Shown: piece after piece, positions 41,450 to 52,459 of the stretch
Layout of the letters: the number at the start of each line of letters is the position of its first letter
How positions within the stretch are numbered: position 1 is the stretch's first letter
Assembly (NCBI GenBank): GCA_030141605.1
Contig: JAQGDQ010000559.1
Coordinates: 62,001-126,000 of the forward strand
DNA length: 64,000 nt
Direction of reading: 5' to 3'
DNA from: Tubiluchus corallicola
Taxonomy: Eukaryota; Animalia; Priapulida
Made by a program: the position numbers and the translations under genes
The notes under the pieces: model-generated
Seen by the model: only the letters and a program-made list of their open reading frames with translations
Database searches by the model: none
What the model was told of the DNA's origin: nothing

Positions 41450-44400
41450 ATGGCATACGTGAGAGCGACTGTAACAAAAGGTGCGAGACCGTGTCCACGT
41501 TACTCAAGCAGCCACGATGTAAGTACGCCACTATCTAAAGGCGCGTTCACACATAGAGACTTCTCTCGTAACATGTTGCGCATGTTAACTCTCAGCAACT
41601 CTCGCTGAATTTGCAATAAGTTGCGACAAGTTATCAAGTCGTTCACACGTGCAACTTTACTGTCAGAGAAAAGTTGCCAAGTCGTTCACACGTGCAACTT
41701 TACTCCCAGAGAGAAGTTGTGCAACAAGTTGCGTAAGAAGTCTCTACATCTTAATGGTAGCCGCTATTTAGTACATCTTACGGCGTGAGTTCAGACTAGA
41801 GAGTTTTCTCTCGCAAGTAACTCACAAAGTAACTCGCAAGCTAGAGAGCAAAACTTGCTACTAGTTATTCTTCGACAGTAACTGCAAGCCCACGCTCACT
41901 TCTATATTTGCTGCGAGAAGTATCGCGAGTAACTCGCCCAGTCGTTCACACTAGACAATCAATCAACTCGCAGTAACTGTGAGAGAGCTTGCAATAACTT
42001 GCCGACAGTAACTCGCAAATTTGTTAACACCTGCGAGTTTGTTGTCAAAACTCACTACAGAAAACTGGCTAGTCTGAACGCTCACTTAGTGTTTTGCATG
42101 TTTTAGTTATTCTCCTGTTGATTCTAGTGACGTTTCTGTCATGTATGGTTGTTAACTGCTAATCATAGATGGACAGTTTCATTTGTTGAATTCGTAAAAG
42201 TAAAGATGATGAAGATATTTAATAACTTTTTCAAAATTGAATTGTATTGTCGATCGGTTTCGAACAGTAAGCCTTTTCATAGTTCCAGCGATTGATGATG
42301 ATCGTGAAAAGGTCAAAGGTTATGTGTACCAGACAACGCATTTGTGTACACTTGACAACGCCTCGCAGCCCATGCTATTGTAATAGTAACAGTTTTAACA
42401 GCTAGCTAGAACCTTACCTAGTTCATTTTTTCTTGTTTCCAAGCAAGATTCTGACAGTAAATCACTCTATGCACAGACTAATGCATAATGAAGTAAAGTC
42501 CACGTAAAACTAAAGAAATTGCTGAACTGATGCTTTGCTTTACACACGCGTCACGTGAAGCGTTGCTGGGACACACTTAACCTTTCACCTACAAAAACTG
42601 CGCATGCGGACAACGAATCTGTGAAAAGGCTTATTACTGTTCATTCTCAAGACATCAAGAAAGCAAAGAAATTTTTCATTATGTAAAAACAATTTGGAAG
42701 ACAAAATCTAAATTCAGTAGAAAACAGCCAAATAATGGTTTCACCGTTCAGCCAAGTTGCAAAATGGTTCCTTAATTCTATGTAGCATGTAAACGTAGTA
42801 GTTGTTGTTGCTGTGTTGTTGTTATTATTATTATGTAGCATGTAAACATAGTAGTAACTCGACAACTAGCTTCATAACCAAACATACGTCACATGACGTA
42901 AACTCAATAATGGGTTTCGACTTGTATAAAATTGTTATAGAAAAAAATGTTATTCTAGAAGGTGTATTTAGAAATTTTCATGTTCTATCTCGTAAAATTG
43001 TGAAACTTAGCAATAATTGTAGAAGTTGTATTGAAAACAGGAATTTTATATTTTTTATTAAAGTATCAGCTGAGAGAGATGTTAGAATATGTGGTATTTT
43101 TTAAATTAATTGCTTTGCCTTCTTGTATATAAATAATATCCGTGCTTGTTTTTGTGTTGCTGCTGTTTTCGTTGTTGTTGGTGGGGTGTTGCTGTTGTTA
43201 TTGGTGATGTTGTTGTTGTTGTTACTGTCGTTGTCTTTGTCGTTGTTGTTGTTGGTGGTGGTGGTGGCAGTGGTGTTGATGTTGTTATTGTCGTTGTCTT
43301 TGTTGCTGTTGTTGTTGGTGGTGGTGGCAGTGGTGTTGATGTTGTTGTTGCTGTTCGTGTTGGTGTTGTTTGCGTTGCCGTTATTGTTGGTGTTGGTGTT
43401 GTTGGTGGTGGGGTTGTCGGCGTTTTTGTTGGTGGTGGTGTTGTTGGTATTGATGTTATTGCTGCTGCTGCTGCTGTTGTTGTTGTTGTTGTTTTCGTCG
43501 TCAGTGTTCAATATTTATTTCAATATTTATTTCTACTTGTACTACCAGTGTACTAATTTCCTTTAACTAAACCACTTATGTAACTTTACTGTACTAGTGT
43601 GCTCGAAAATAAACGATCATAATAACTTTAATTTTAACATCATTAAAACATTTAATTTACATTGTTAAAATCATGTCAAACTTTTCGACAGAGCTGCTGC
43701 TGTCATCATCAGAGGTCAACTTTTACAAACATACACAACCTGTTCATATACTCCATATAGAACATTAAGCACTAATTAAAGTTTTAATAGAGTTGTGCTG
43801 TTGTAAGTATAAATGTTTTTAAGTGCCTGTAATAACAGAATCATGATAATAATTATTGCCTTTAATTATATAGGTGTATAGAATGGATTCTACGCCTCGT
43901 GGTTACTGCTTAATTATCAACAGTTTAGAGTTTTCAGATGAAGGGAACCGTAAGGGAGAAGGAAACGTGGTGAAGATGAGGCAGTTATTCGAGCAACTGG
44001 GTTTTGTTGTAGAATTCTACGAAGCTCAATACAAACCTGGATTTACCAGCGTAAGTATTGCTAATGTCATTATAAAGCTTCCGTTTTAGCAAGTTGTCTT
44101 AAAGGAAGACCGGACCCAGCCTTAAACTTAAACACGAATGCAGTAAAATATATTTTTGTGCGATCATAAATATTCATCACATTTACTTCAAAGCAAAACT
44201 TGACCCAATCTTAAACTATAGGTCAAAACAATCTACTCTTTAAAATATTGAAAGGAAACGTACTATTTTTTAAAGAATGACTTACGTGAAAGAATTATTA
44301 GCACACAAGCACAATTTCGGGTTCGCGCCACAAGTTCTTAACCGTTACATGCATTTCACCATTTACTAGTTAGACGGGTACTAGCGTCTGCATTTCGGAA

Positions 44401-47400
44401 ACGGATTGCACAAAAAACAGGTGCTCTACCTCTCAGTTCAGATGTGTTAGTTTGTGACGAACTACACACGTTCGAGAGCTCATGCGTGAGCACAGCGGTA
44501 TATTTTTATCTTTAAACTTGCCTAGTTTTAGCACAACACACTGTATATCTTACAGTAGCACTGTACTTCAATTTTTGCCTTGACAAACACGTGCAACACG
44601 CTCGTGGAATATCATTGCTGTTGAAAATTATGTTAGTTTGTGATGTCATCAGTAATTGGGCTCGCTCCCCGTTAATTAAGATTTGAATCCACCATCCAAT
44701 TATCAGAAACGCTTTTGCAATATTACTTGTGTTAAAATGTAAACTTTTTATCGGATTTGAAAACGGGGTAGCATATGAAAAATTCTCCTGTCTTACAGTC
44801 TTTTAAACTTGTAACGTTCAAAGTCAAAAATGTAATGAATGGCTCATGGCTGTTACAAGCTGTGAAATTTCAATTATTGGGAGCGTTTGTTTGTAATATC
44901 AATGTTAGTCAAAAACGCTCTAGCGGCGCCTGGTGGGACTCTTTAGAAGGAGATACAAAGCTCTTTGGCAAGAGGAGGGGAATAGGGTTGCGCGGTGGTG
45001 TGGGTCCTGTTTTATTACGCCTCCTCCAAGAGAAGTAGCGACGAGTTGATTGGAGGTTTCATTTCGGGCGATTCTCGCTAAGAAAATTGCTGACGTTTTG
45101 CATTGCTCTGACGTCATTCCGTGACGTCGGCCTATAACTTTACTTCAGTAAAAGCTACTGCTCGCTTTGCATTACATAAATAAACGTAGTATGTTCGCGC
45201 ATTACTGATCACTGTACATTAGTACTAGGTTTTTGCTAGTCTCTATTAATGACGCAGATATTTTACTTACTTTTAGGAAGAACTGAAGTTTCGTTTGTCT
45301 AGTTTTGCTAGAGATTCGAAACATGACCAAGCGAGTTGCTCTGTGGTAATTCTACTCTCTGCTGATGGCTGTGCAAGTGATTTCTTCCCTACAAGCTCTG
45401 GGCAACTGGATTTTAGAAACGAGATTTTGCCTCTTTACCACGGTAAGCTGTCAACTTTTGGTAATCTTTTTGCAACTTGGAACAAAAGTGTTAATGAATG
45501 GTTTGTGTAGAACGTGCAGTCTCTTCTCTTCTCTTCTCTTCTCTTCTCTTCTCTTCTCTTCTCTTCTCTTCTCTTCTCTTCTCTTCTCTTCTCTTCTCTT
45601 CTCTTCTCTTCTCTTCTCTTCTCTTCTCTTCTCTTCTCTTCTCTTCTCTTCTCTTCTCTTCTCTTCTCTTCTCTTCTCTTCTATTCTCTTCTCTTCTCTT
45701 CTCTTCTCTTCTCTTCTCTCTTCTCTTCTCTTCTCTTCTCTTCTCTTCTCTTCTCTTCTCTTCTCTCCTCTCCTCTCCTCTCCTCTCTTCTCTTCTCTTC
45801 TCTTCTCTTCTCTTCTCTTCTCTTCTCTTCTCTTCTCTTCTCTTCTCTTATCTTCTCTTCTCTTCTCTTCTCATCTCACACTAACGCCGAACGTAGCTAA
45901 ATGTACGTAAAATATGATTTGCATTTTCCAGCTTCTTTGTATGCGATGTATCATTTTTTGATATCGCTAATTTAGTACAGAATATGAATGCTCACTTGTT
46001 TGTTACTTTTACAGAGAAGAACGCGCCATATTTATCAGGCAAACCGAAAATCTTTATTCTTCATGGCTGCCGAGGAGGTAGGAAAACAATTATTCTTTAT
46101 TTTTATTCTTTCTTTCTTATTCTTGCTACTGTGTGAATCATTGCAAACTGTGAACAATAATTCGCCTATAAACGTTCTTGAATATGTGACAGGAATGGTC
46201 GAGCGTTCATAGTGTGTGACTGAGACACGTTTGCTGGTTCAGTGTCTCATCTTAGAGAATTACAACTAATGATATGTAAAATTCCGGTCCTGCCACCACC
46301 CACATTAGGCAGACATTTTCCTCTGTGTTAGATTTCAATGTAGAGTGCTGAGGTGTATAAAGAAGTAATACATAAGACAAAGGTTTCAACATCAATCCAA
46401 ATGCGGAATTGTCAGCACTATGAGTGTTGCTTAACTTTCTATCCCGCAAAAGTGGCTACATGTTTTACAAAGAAGCCAAGTTTTACATTTGTAAATGTCC
46501 AATCGCATGAACATATACTGTTTTACGTCACTGATTGTGAGTCACTTTTTTCCAGGGCAGAGTTTTCCTCCCGTAAATGACGTCATGATATGCAGCGCGA
46601 CACCTGGTGAGTCATCCCATGATTATGATTTTATGGACGAGTGTGTGTAGATTATCATGTGCTCTAGAAAATGAACTATAGTTTCAAATGGCAATCGTCA
46701 CTGTCATTCAAACCAGATCGCTGAAGTTTTAAGCCTGGCTGTCAGCAATACATGTCATTTGTTTCTTTTAAACTCTTGCAAATGGTTCTGCCACGAAAAG
46801 CTGATTTAGTAAAATAAATCGTTGTACTGGTTGTGTGAAGCTGATTATTGGTGTTTTAGGGATGGCAAAACTATGAAGAGTCTGATTATAAAACTACACG
46901 TTTATTGAACATCAAACACAATAAATATAACAGATAGTAATGTCACGCCCCCTGATCTAGCTTGTTCTGCTCCGGCTACCAGACTCAATCCCCTGAGCTG
47001 GGCGCATCACAAGGCTTATATATCGTGCGGCGAGCTTCGACGCTTTGGTTCTGAATCACTTACTCACGTGACACCACTCCTTAACTGGCTTCAAACCAGC
47101 ATTCATCAACATAATTATCTATCATAATCTAACACTTTTAACATAGTTTAACAGGTCCTCTTTACTGCATTTCACATTGAGGAGCGTCCAAATGTATTGT
47201 ATAAAAAACTCATTATACATATACATTATATGTGTATGTTTTGCAGTTGAATATATTGGTTTGACTATATTTGTAGCATCATACAGTAACAGCGATGGAC
47301 GTTTCTTCATAAATTCGTTTGTAAAAACAGTGGCCGACTACGGGTTTAATCTGTCACTGCAGGAACTTTTGACAAAGGTGAGGCAAAATGAAACGATTCA

Positions 47401-50400
47401 AAGCACAAGAAAACTCTCCATAAACATAAAGCTTGAAAATGCCCTTGAAATTTTAAGCCACCTACATATTGCATGCAGGGCTTGCGTCGGCAGTAACGCT
47501 GTATAAAACTTGTAAATTTATATTCCCACGGTGACCATTAGAAGCAGCCATTTTAATAGTAGGTCGTTTGAAACAACTTTAGATAAGATTGAGTAAAGTT
47601 TGAAAAAATAATCAGAGCATTCGTAGCACGCACGTTGTTAACTAAGTAAAATTTTGAATTTCTTAATAAGAATAAAAATAGGTTTTTGATTAGTGAGTGG
47701 CGCACCCTGGAGGGTGAGCCAGCAACATTTCATCAATTGCCGCGAACATTTTAAATTATTTTTGTAGTTACATAAGTCTTTCCAGCAGGTAAGTGAAATG
47801 CTAAGTAATATAGATTTGCACGGAAGGTTTTTTGGGACATAATTTAACATTTCGTTTTCTTCCCCTGATTTACGTTGTGTGTAGATGACGTCATGTAATG
47901 GCGCCGTCGGGACAGTATTGCGGGAGATTTGAAATGAAAACAAATAAAAATTCCTTTCAACGCGAGCACGATATACGCGTAAAAATGCTCTAAAGTAATG
48001 TAATTTTTTATGGTGATATTTCTGAAGTACCCCTTTCTTGTACCTTAAGACCACACTGTTGTGTAAAAGTATAAAAGTACATGTCCATTTTTATTACAGG
48101 CACTTAAAAACATTTATAGTTAAAAGAACACAACTTTATTATAACTTTTTACCTTACATAGTTGAGAAAGCTGCTTACCATTGCAAAACATCCAGACATT
48201 TTAAAGTAAGGATATGTGGATATTTGGGTATTTCGTCTAGAACCGGCAAAAAATTAAAAAATTCTCCTCAATCCAGCATTAATGACCACATTTGTGCCTC
48301 TGGCCACAAAGCTGATTTTAATCATTTCAGCATTGTGACCAGAGCTACAAGTTTCTTTTCTACGGCTCTGCTTAATCATTACCTATTTGGCTTCTGCTAA
48401 CTACATAATTATTGCATATTTTACTGTATCAATTTCTTTCCTACTGGCCTGCTTATTTGTTACCTGTTTGGCTTCTGTTAACTACTTAATTAGTGCATAA
48501 CAGGTTTTGCCTACATAAACTGGTTGTATGTTTGTAAATTTACCACTGATGATGACAGCAGTAGTCTGCCAAAACGTTTGACATGATTTTTACCTATATA
48601 AGGTAAAAACTTTAATAAACTTGTGTTGTTTTAACTATAAAAGTATTTGTTATACAAAGTTTAATGAAGTTTAATCATAACATAAACATTACAGGTTCAA
48701 GGAAAAATGTCACCAGGGGGCGAACAAGATGCAGGAGGTGAAATGGGTTCGTCTCAGCTGCTTAGCTTTGAATCAACATTAAAATACCCTCTTTACTTCA
48801 ATCCACCTGTGGTAAGAATGATGTAATTCACTGTGTACTTCAAATGTGTTGGTACGATTTCTGGATACAAAAGCTAAGATTTTTGTAATTTCTCTCAGGG
48901 CAAAGTTGCGATACATACGTCCAATGCACGAAGTTCTTTAAAATACAAGAAAACGCTGATCATAAATAAATCTTAAAAAGTTCGTCTTAAACATTCGTAT
49001 GACTTATGTACTTCTTTCTTATTGTGCCCAGAGCTTGCGCTAGCAGTAACGCTGTATAGAACTTGTAAATTTAAACACTCATTTCACAGTGAGGCTGCAC
49101 AAAAAAATGCTTCGAGGATAAATTCCTTGCGGCATTGCTCACGAAAACGAAACTCATTGTTTCTAAGACACCCTTCACAGTGAAGACGCATGCGGTTCCT
49201 CGTTAGGAATTCTACCATTAGCTAGAAGTTGTGCATCCTCCTCGCGAGGAATTTTGCCCTATGGTAGAAATACTGCATGTTACATTTTCGTGAGGAATCT
49301 AAGATGTTCTGTAAGATATTCAGTGTGCTGTACTAAAACTAAGCAAGGTCTATGATGAAAATTCAAATTTGAAACTTACTGCTGTGCTCACGCATGAGTT
49401 GTCGAACGTGTGCTCTACGTCACAAACGAACACCTCTGAACTGAGAGGTGAGTACCTGTTTTTGTGCAATGCGGTTCTGAGATGCAGGTGCTAGCGCCTA
49501 TCGAATGGCAAAATACATGTAACAGCGAAGAACTAGTGGCATGAGCATAAATTGTTTTTGTGTGGCAGGTATTCTTTTACATAAGTCATTTTTGAAAAAT
49601 AGTATATTTCTTTTCAGTATTTTAAAGATTAGAATGTTCTGACCTACAGTTTGAGATTGGGTCCAAGTTTGCTTTAAATAAAGGTTAAATAAGCACTTCT
49701 CGCTTTTCATTGCAGGAAACGGGTCCACTTGGCATAGGCACCGCATTCGCTTATTGGCACTGGTGTGGATTTCCCTCCATCATCAAAGACGACTTCCTCG
49801 GAGAGCTGACAAAATGGAAGGAGGAAAAAAACGTTGGCAATGTGGTGATGAAACAAATCATCCTCTACTCTCAGAGCTGCCTAAGCAAACCCTCGGGATT
49901 TGACTCGTTCAAAGAGAGCGCGTGCTCTTTTGCAATCCGCAAAGACGTGGCCGGGACGAAGGCGCGGAAGTATGGCGTCAGCATCTACCCAATATCGACT
50001 GACGGAAGGACCTTCTATTTTGCAATGGATTATCCGAGTATCTTGCAGGGTGTTTCTGGAAACAGCAACAGCGCTAAACAAATGCTTGGAGAGATGACAG
50101 CCTTCCACCTGGCATTGTTGAATATACTGAAAAGCGAGGCTCGAGAGAACCCCCTCGTTCCGTTCGTTCTGCTGCCATATGATGACGCCACCGAGGAGTT
50201 GCAGACCCTTCTTGGTAGAGCTGTCCAAAAGATGGTCAGACCAGAGTCACAAACTGTAATATGTCTGAGAGGACCAGACACGGACTGGAATTATCCCGAT
50301 TGGCTTGAGGAAGGGTTGCGGGAAGAAAGTACCTCTCTCACTGACAGAATGCCAGTGGGATTCCTGGCGGCGGAAAGGTAACGGAAAATGAATTAATTAA

Positions 50401-52378
50401 TTTACAGATACTAAGAGCAGTTTAGTTTCTACAAAAATTTCTAATTTTGAGAAATTGTTACCGTGTCAGGACGAATTCGTCATTATACATTTGTCAAAGT
50501 TCGCATTGCATATAATTCTAATCTGTTATGTATGATTATAAAGAAGACAGAGTGCAATTTAAATTTTACAACTTTTACTTGTAACTGCGATGACCGTTAG
50601 GTGCAGCCATTTTAATAGTAAGTCGTATATGACAAGTTTAGATAACATCGTGTAGTTTGGAAAAATAATCAGAGCTTTCGTAAATATAAATTACTTTACA
50701 TTGTCAAATAAGATCGTGGTGAGTAAATGGTTTTATTTTGTAGCTTTTGTAGTATTAATTATGTTAAAATGTATACTTTTTATCGGTCTTGAAAATAGGG
50801 TATTTATGTTTTCCTTCTTTCAGATATGCTGGATTCTTTTTTCGCATATATTCAACGAATTTGCAGCAGCGTATTGACGAATTTGAACAAGAGCACGGCC
50901 AAGATTTTGACAAAATCCCAGAGAAGGAGGTACGTAATAGAAACAACTTTTCTGTGATGCGACAACGCGCTTTTGTTAGTATTATTTACCCCTATAAGCT
51001 TACCAGTGCTTGAAAAGAGAAACTACACTCATACCTCGGTTTCCGGACAAAAGCGGGGAGACGTCGGTCCATATTTACCAATACCAAGATAATACAACAG
51101 GCGCCGTGCATTAGACTCACGGTGATGTAGAATCAATTGTCTCCAAAAACGTCTAGTACGAGCCGCTCCTATGCAAAAGTATGTAAAAACTGACGGCAAT
51201 TGACTCAAGTATTTCGCATAATTGATTCTATATTTCCCATAGAGATATACACGTGGTTACACTGATGTAAACAAAGTGAGGGCCTGCCATCTAGCGGTCA
51301 GCTCGCAAAACAACGGAGTGTGTCCGTAATATGCAGAACTTTTTAACGGTTTGAATTAGTTTTGACAGTGGGGGAGGGGGGGGGGGCTACGGTAAGCCAC
51401 GGTGCGTTTTGCGAAAAGTTACGAAGTTTATCAATTACGTCATAATCTTCAAGTGAGAACGATGGCTGCCATCGGATCTGAAAATTCCTATTCAGTGGCA
51501 CCGAAAATTAGCTTTACATCTTATATACGTGCAGTTTTTTGCAATTTTATTTGTCATTTTTTCTAAGTTTAAGTGATAACAGTAAATAAAACCATTATGC
51601 CAAGTGACCTGTCCTTTCCTTTAACAGGTCTCTGAAATGTCACTGGGAGGCTTAACAATTTAGTACACTGTTTAATAAGCAGCAGTAATTGAATTGTTCA
51701 TTATCGATCTCTTTATCAATCAGTGAACAACTTCCCGCATTATTTCCGGCAGATCAAGATTACTGGAACACACGAGCGAAACACGTGCCAGGTAGACGAG
51801 GATAATGCCATCTATGAATGTGTTTTGTAACGTTTTTATCAAATGTTTCAATATTATATAATAAACACAATACAAGCTAAGATGGGTTTTTTGTATTTTT
51901 GCAGGAGGGCGTTAAGTTCACCGTAAACAAGCTACTCGTTCTTCTTCCGTCATCCTGCAAGGTTCTGGACACACTTGAAGACGTGAGTGGCGTGGAAATG
52001 ATAGGAAACATCTCAGAACTCCAGGCGCCAGCAACCGATAGACGGCTGTTTCTGTCGCACAGACAACGGTACGTTGGACACAGCACGGTTTACAAGCTGG
52101 GCGAGGACTACTTCATTGCAGAATTTGCCACACCGCTGCGCTTGTTTGACGTCATGAGAAGTCGTGACGTCATCGACGACAAGTTACTGGCCATCTACTA
52201 CGAGCAGTTTGTCAACCGACTGTACACAGTTCTTCAGGAAAACGCTTTTTATCAGAATAATTTTGAACTGGTGGCATATGACGACACGGCAGATGCTGGG
52301 GGCAGTCTTGTTCAAACCCTCAGATGGCTCTTTCTTAGAAGTGCTACAGCACCGAAATATACGGCACTGTATAACTAA
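41450..52378 (+). CDS. Caspase-like (peptidase C14A) domain fused to two tandem STING ligand-binding domains; 10 coding exons, about 671 aa
   Basis: Exons: 41450-41518, 43874-44050, 45277-45442, 46015-46077, 46556-46606, 47247(or 47277)-47377, 48695-48811, 49716-50377, 50824-50929, 51905-52378. All GT-AG, phases 0,0,1,1,1,0,0,2,0, total 2016 nt with no internal stop. ATG lies in AAAATGG context with an upstream in-frame TAG at 41411. Caspase and STING motifs are listed in the domain features. Confidence 0.88.
43150..43500. repeat. Degenerate (GTT/GGT/GCT)n microsatellite
   Basis: Direct inspection. Confidence 0.95.
45520..45872. repeat. (CTCTT)n microsatellite
   Basis: Direct inspection; lies in intron 3 of the fusion gene. 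Confidence 0.97.
46833..47111 (-). mobile_element. Possible solo LTR; related fragment at about 32770-32870
   Basis: TG...CA ends (TGTGTGAA..TTCATCAACA), with minus-strand TATATAA and AATAAA. Confidence 0.35.
48165..48642 (+). mobile_element. Penelope-like element remnant (GIY-YIG endonuclease end plus pLTR)
   Basis: YHCKTSRHFKVRICGYLGISSRTGKKL..SSINDHIC.SGH...F..FSI matches the GIY-YIG C-terminal half. It is followed by CTGATGATGACAGCAGTAGTCTGCCAAAACGTTTGAC. The same tail occurs at about 9235-9263 plus 9754-9790. Confidence 0.8.
49731..50240 (+). other. STING ligand-binding domain 1 (divergent)
   Basis: GIGTAFAYWHWCGF ~ human [24 protein letters not shown] ~ RLYILLPLDC; DVAGTKARKYGVSIY ~ D(R/H)AGIKDRVYSNSIY; AMDYPSIL ~ VLEYATPL; FHLALLNILK ~ [17 protein letters not shown] ~ RLIAYQE. 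Alignment made by eye from memory. Confidence 0.85.
50350..52345 (+). other. STING ligand-binding domain 2 (end of exon 8 to exon 10)
   Basis: PVGFLAAERYAGFFFRIYSTNLQQRIDEFEQEH ~ [44 protein letters not shown] ~ QRLYILLPLDC; RQRYVGHSTVYKL ~ DRVYSNSIYEL; IAEFATPL ~ VLEYATPL; FVNRLYTVLQENAFYQNNFELVAYDD ~ [32 protein letters not shown] ~ SLSQEV. Confidence 0.92.
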
Positions 52379-52459
52379 CCTGTACTCGGATGTAGGTCAA
52401 AGGACCACCACGGAGAAAGGACCACCACGGAGAAAGGACGACCAGTCAAAGAGCCACCT

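Larger units (their letters stand above)
43874..48811 (+). other. Caspase p20+p10 domain (exons 2-7 of the fusion gene)
   Basis: VYRMDSTPRGYCLIIN, NRKG..LFEQLGFVV, CSVVILLSADG (SHG position), KNAPYLSGKPKIFILHGCRG (QACRG position), PPVNDVMICSATP, DGRFFINSFVK, LQELLTKV, Q..SFESTLKYPLYFNP. These occur in the canonical caspase order. Confidence 0.92.

Noticed and set aside
43101-43566. Hydrophobic or Asn/Thr-rich ORFs (also 45365-45910, 54817-55311, 59618-60223, 40954-41283)
   Set aside because: Translations of microsatellites.
49710-52378. Stand-alone canonical transmembrane STING gene(s)
   Set aside because: The ORF-track starts are TTG codons inside splice acceptors. No ATG or transmembrane exons were found between 48811 and 49716, and phases link directly to the caspase exons.
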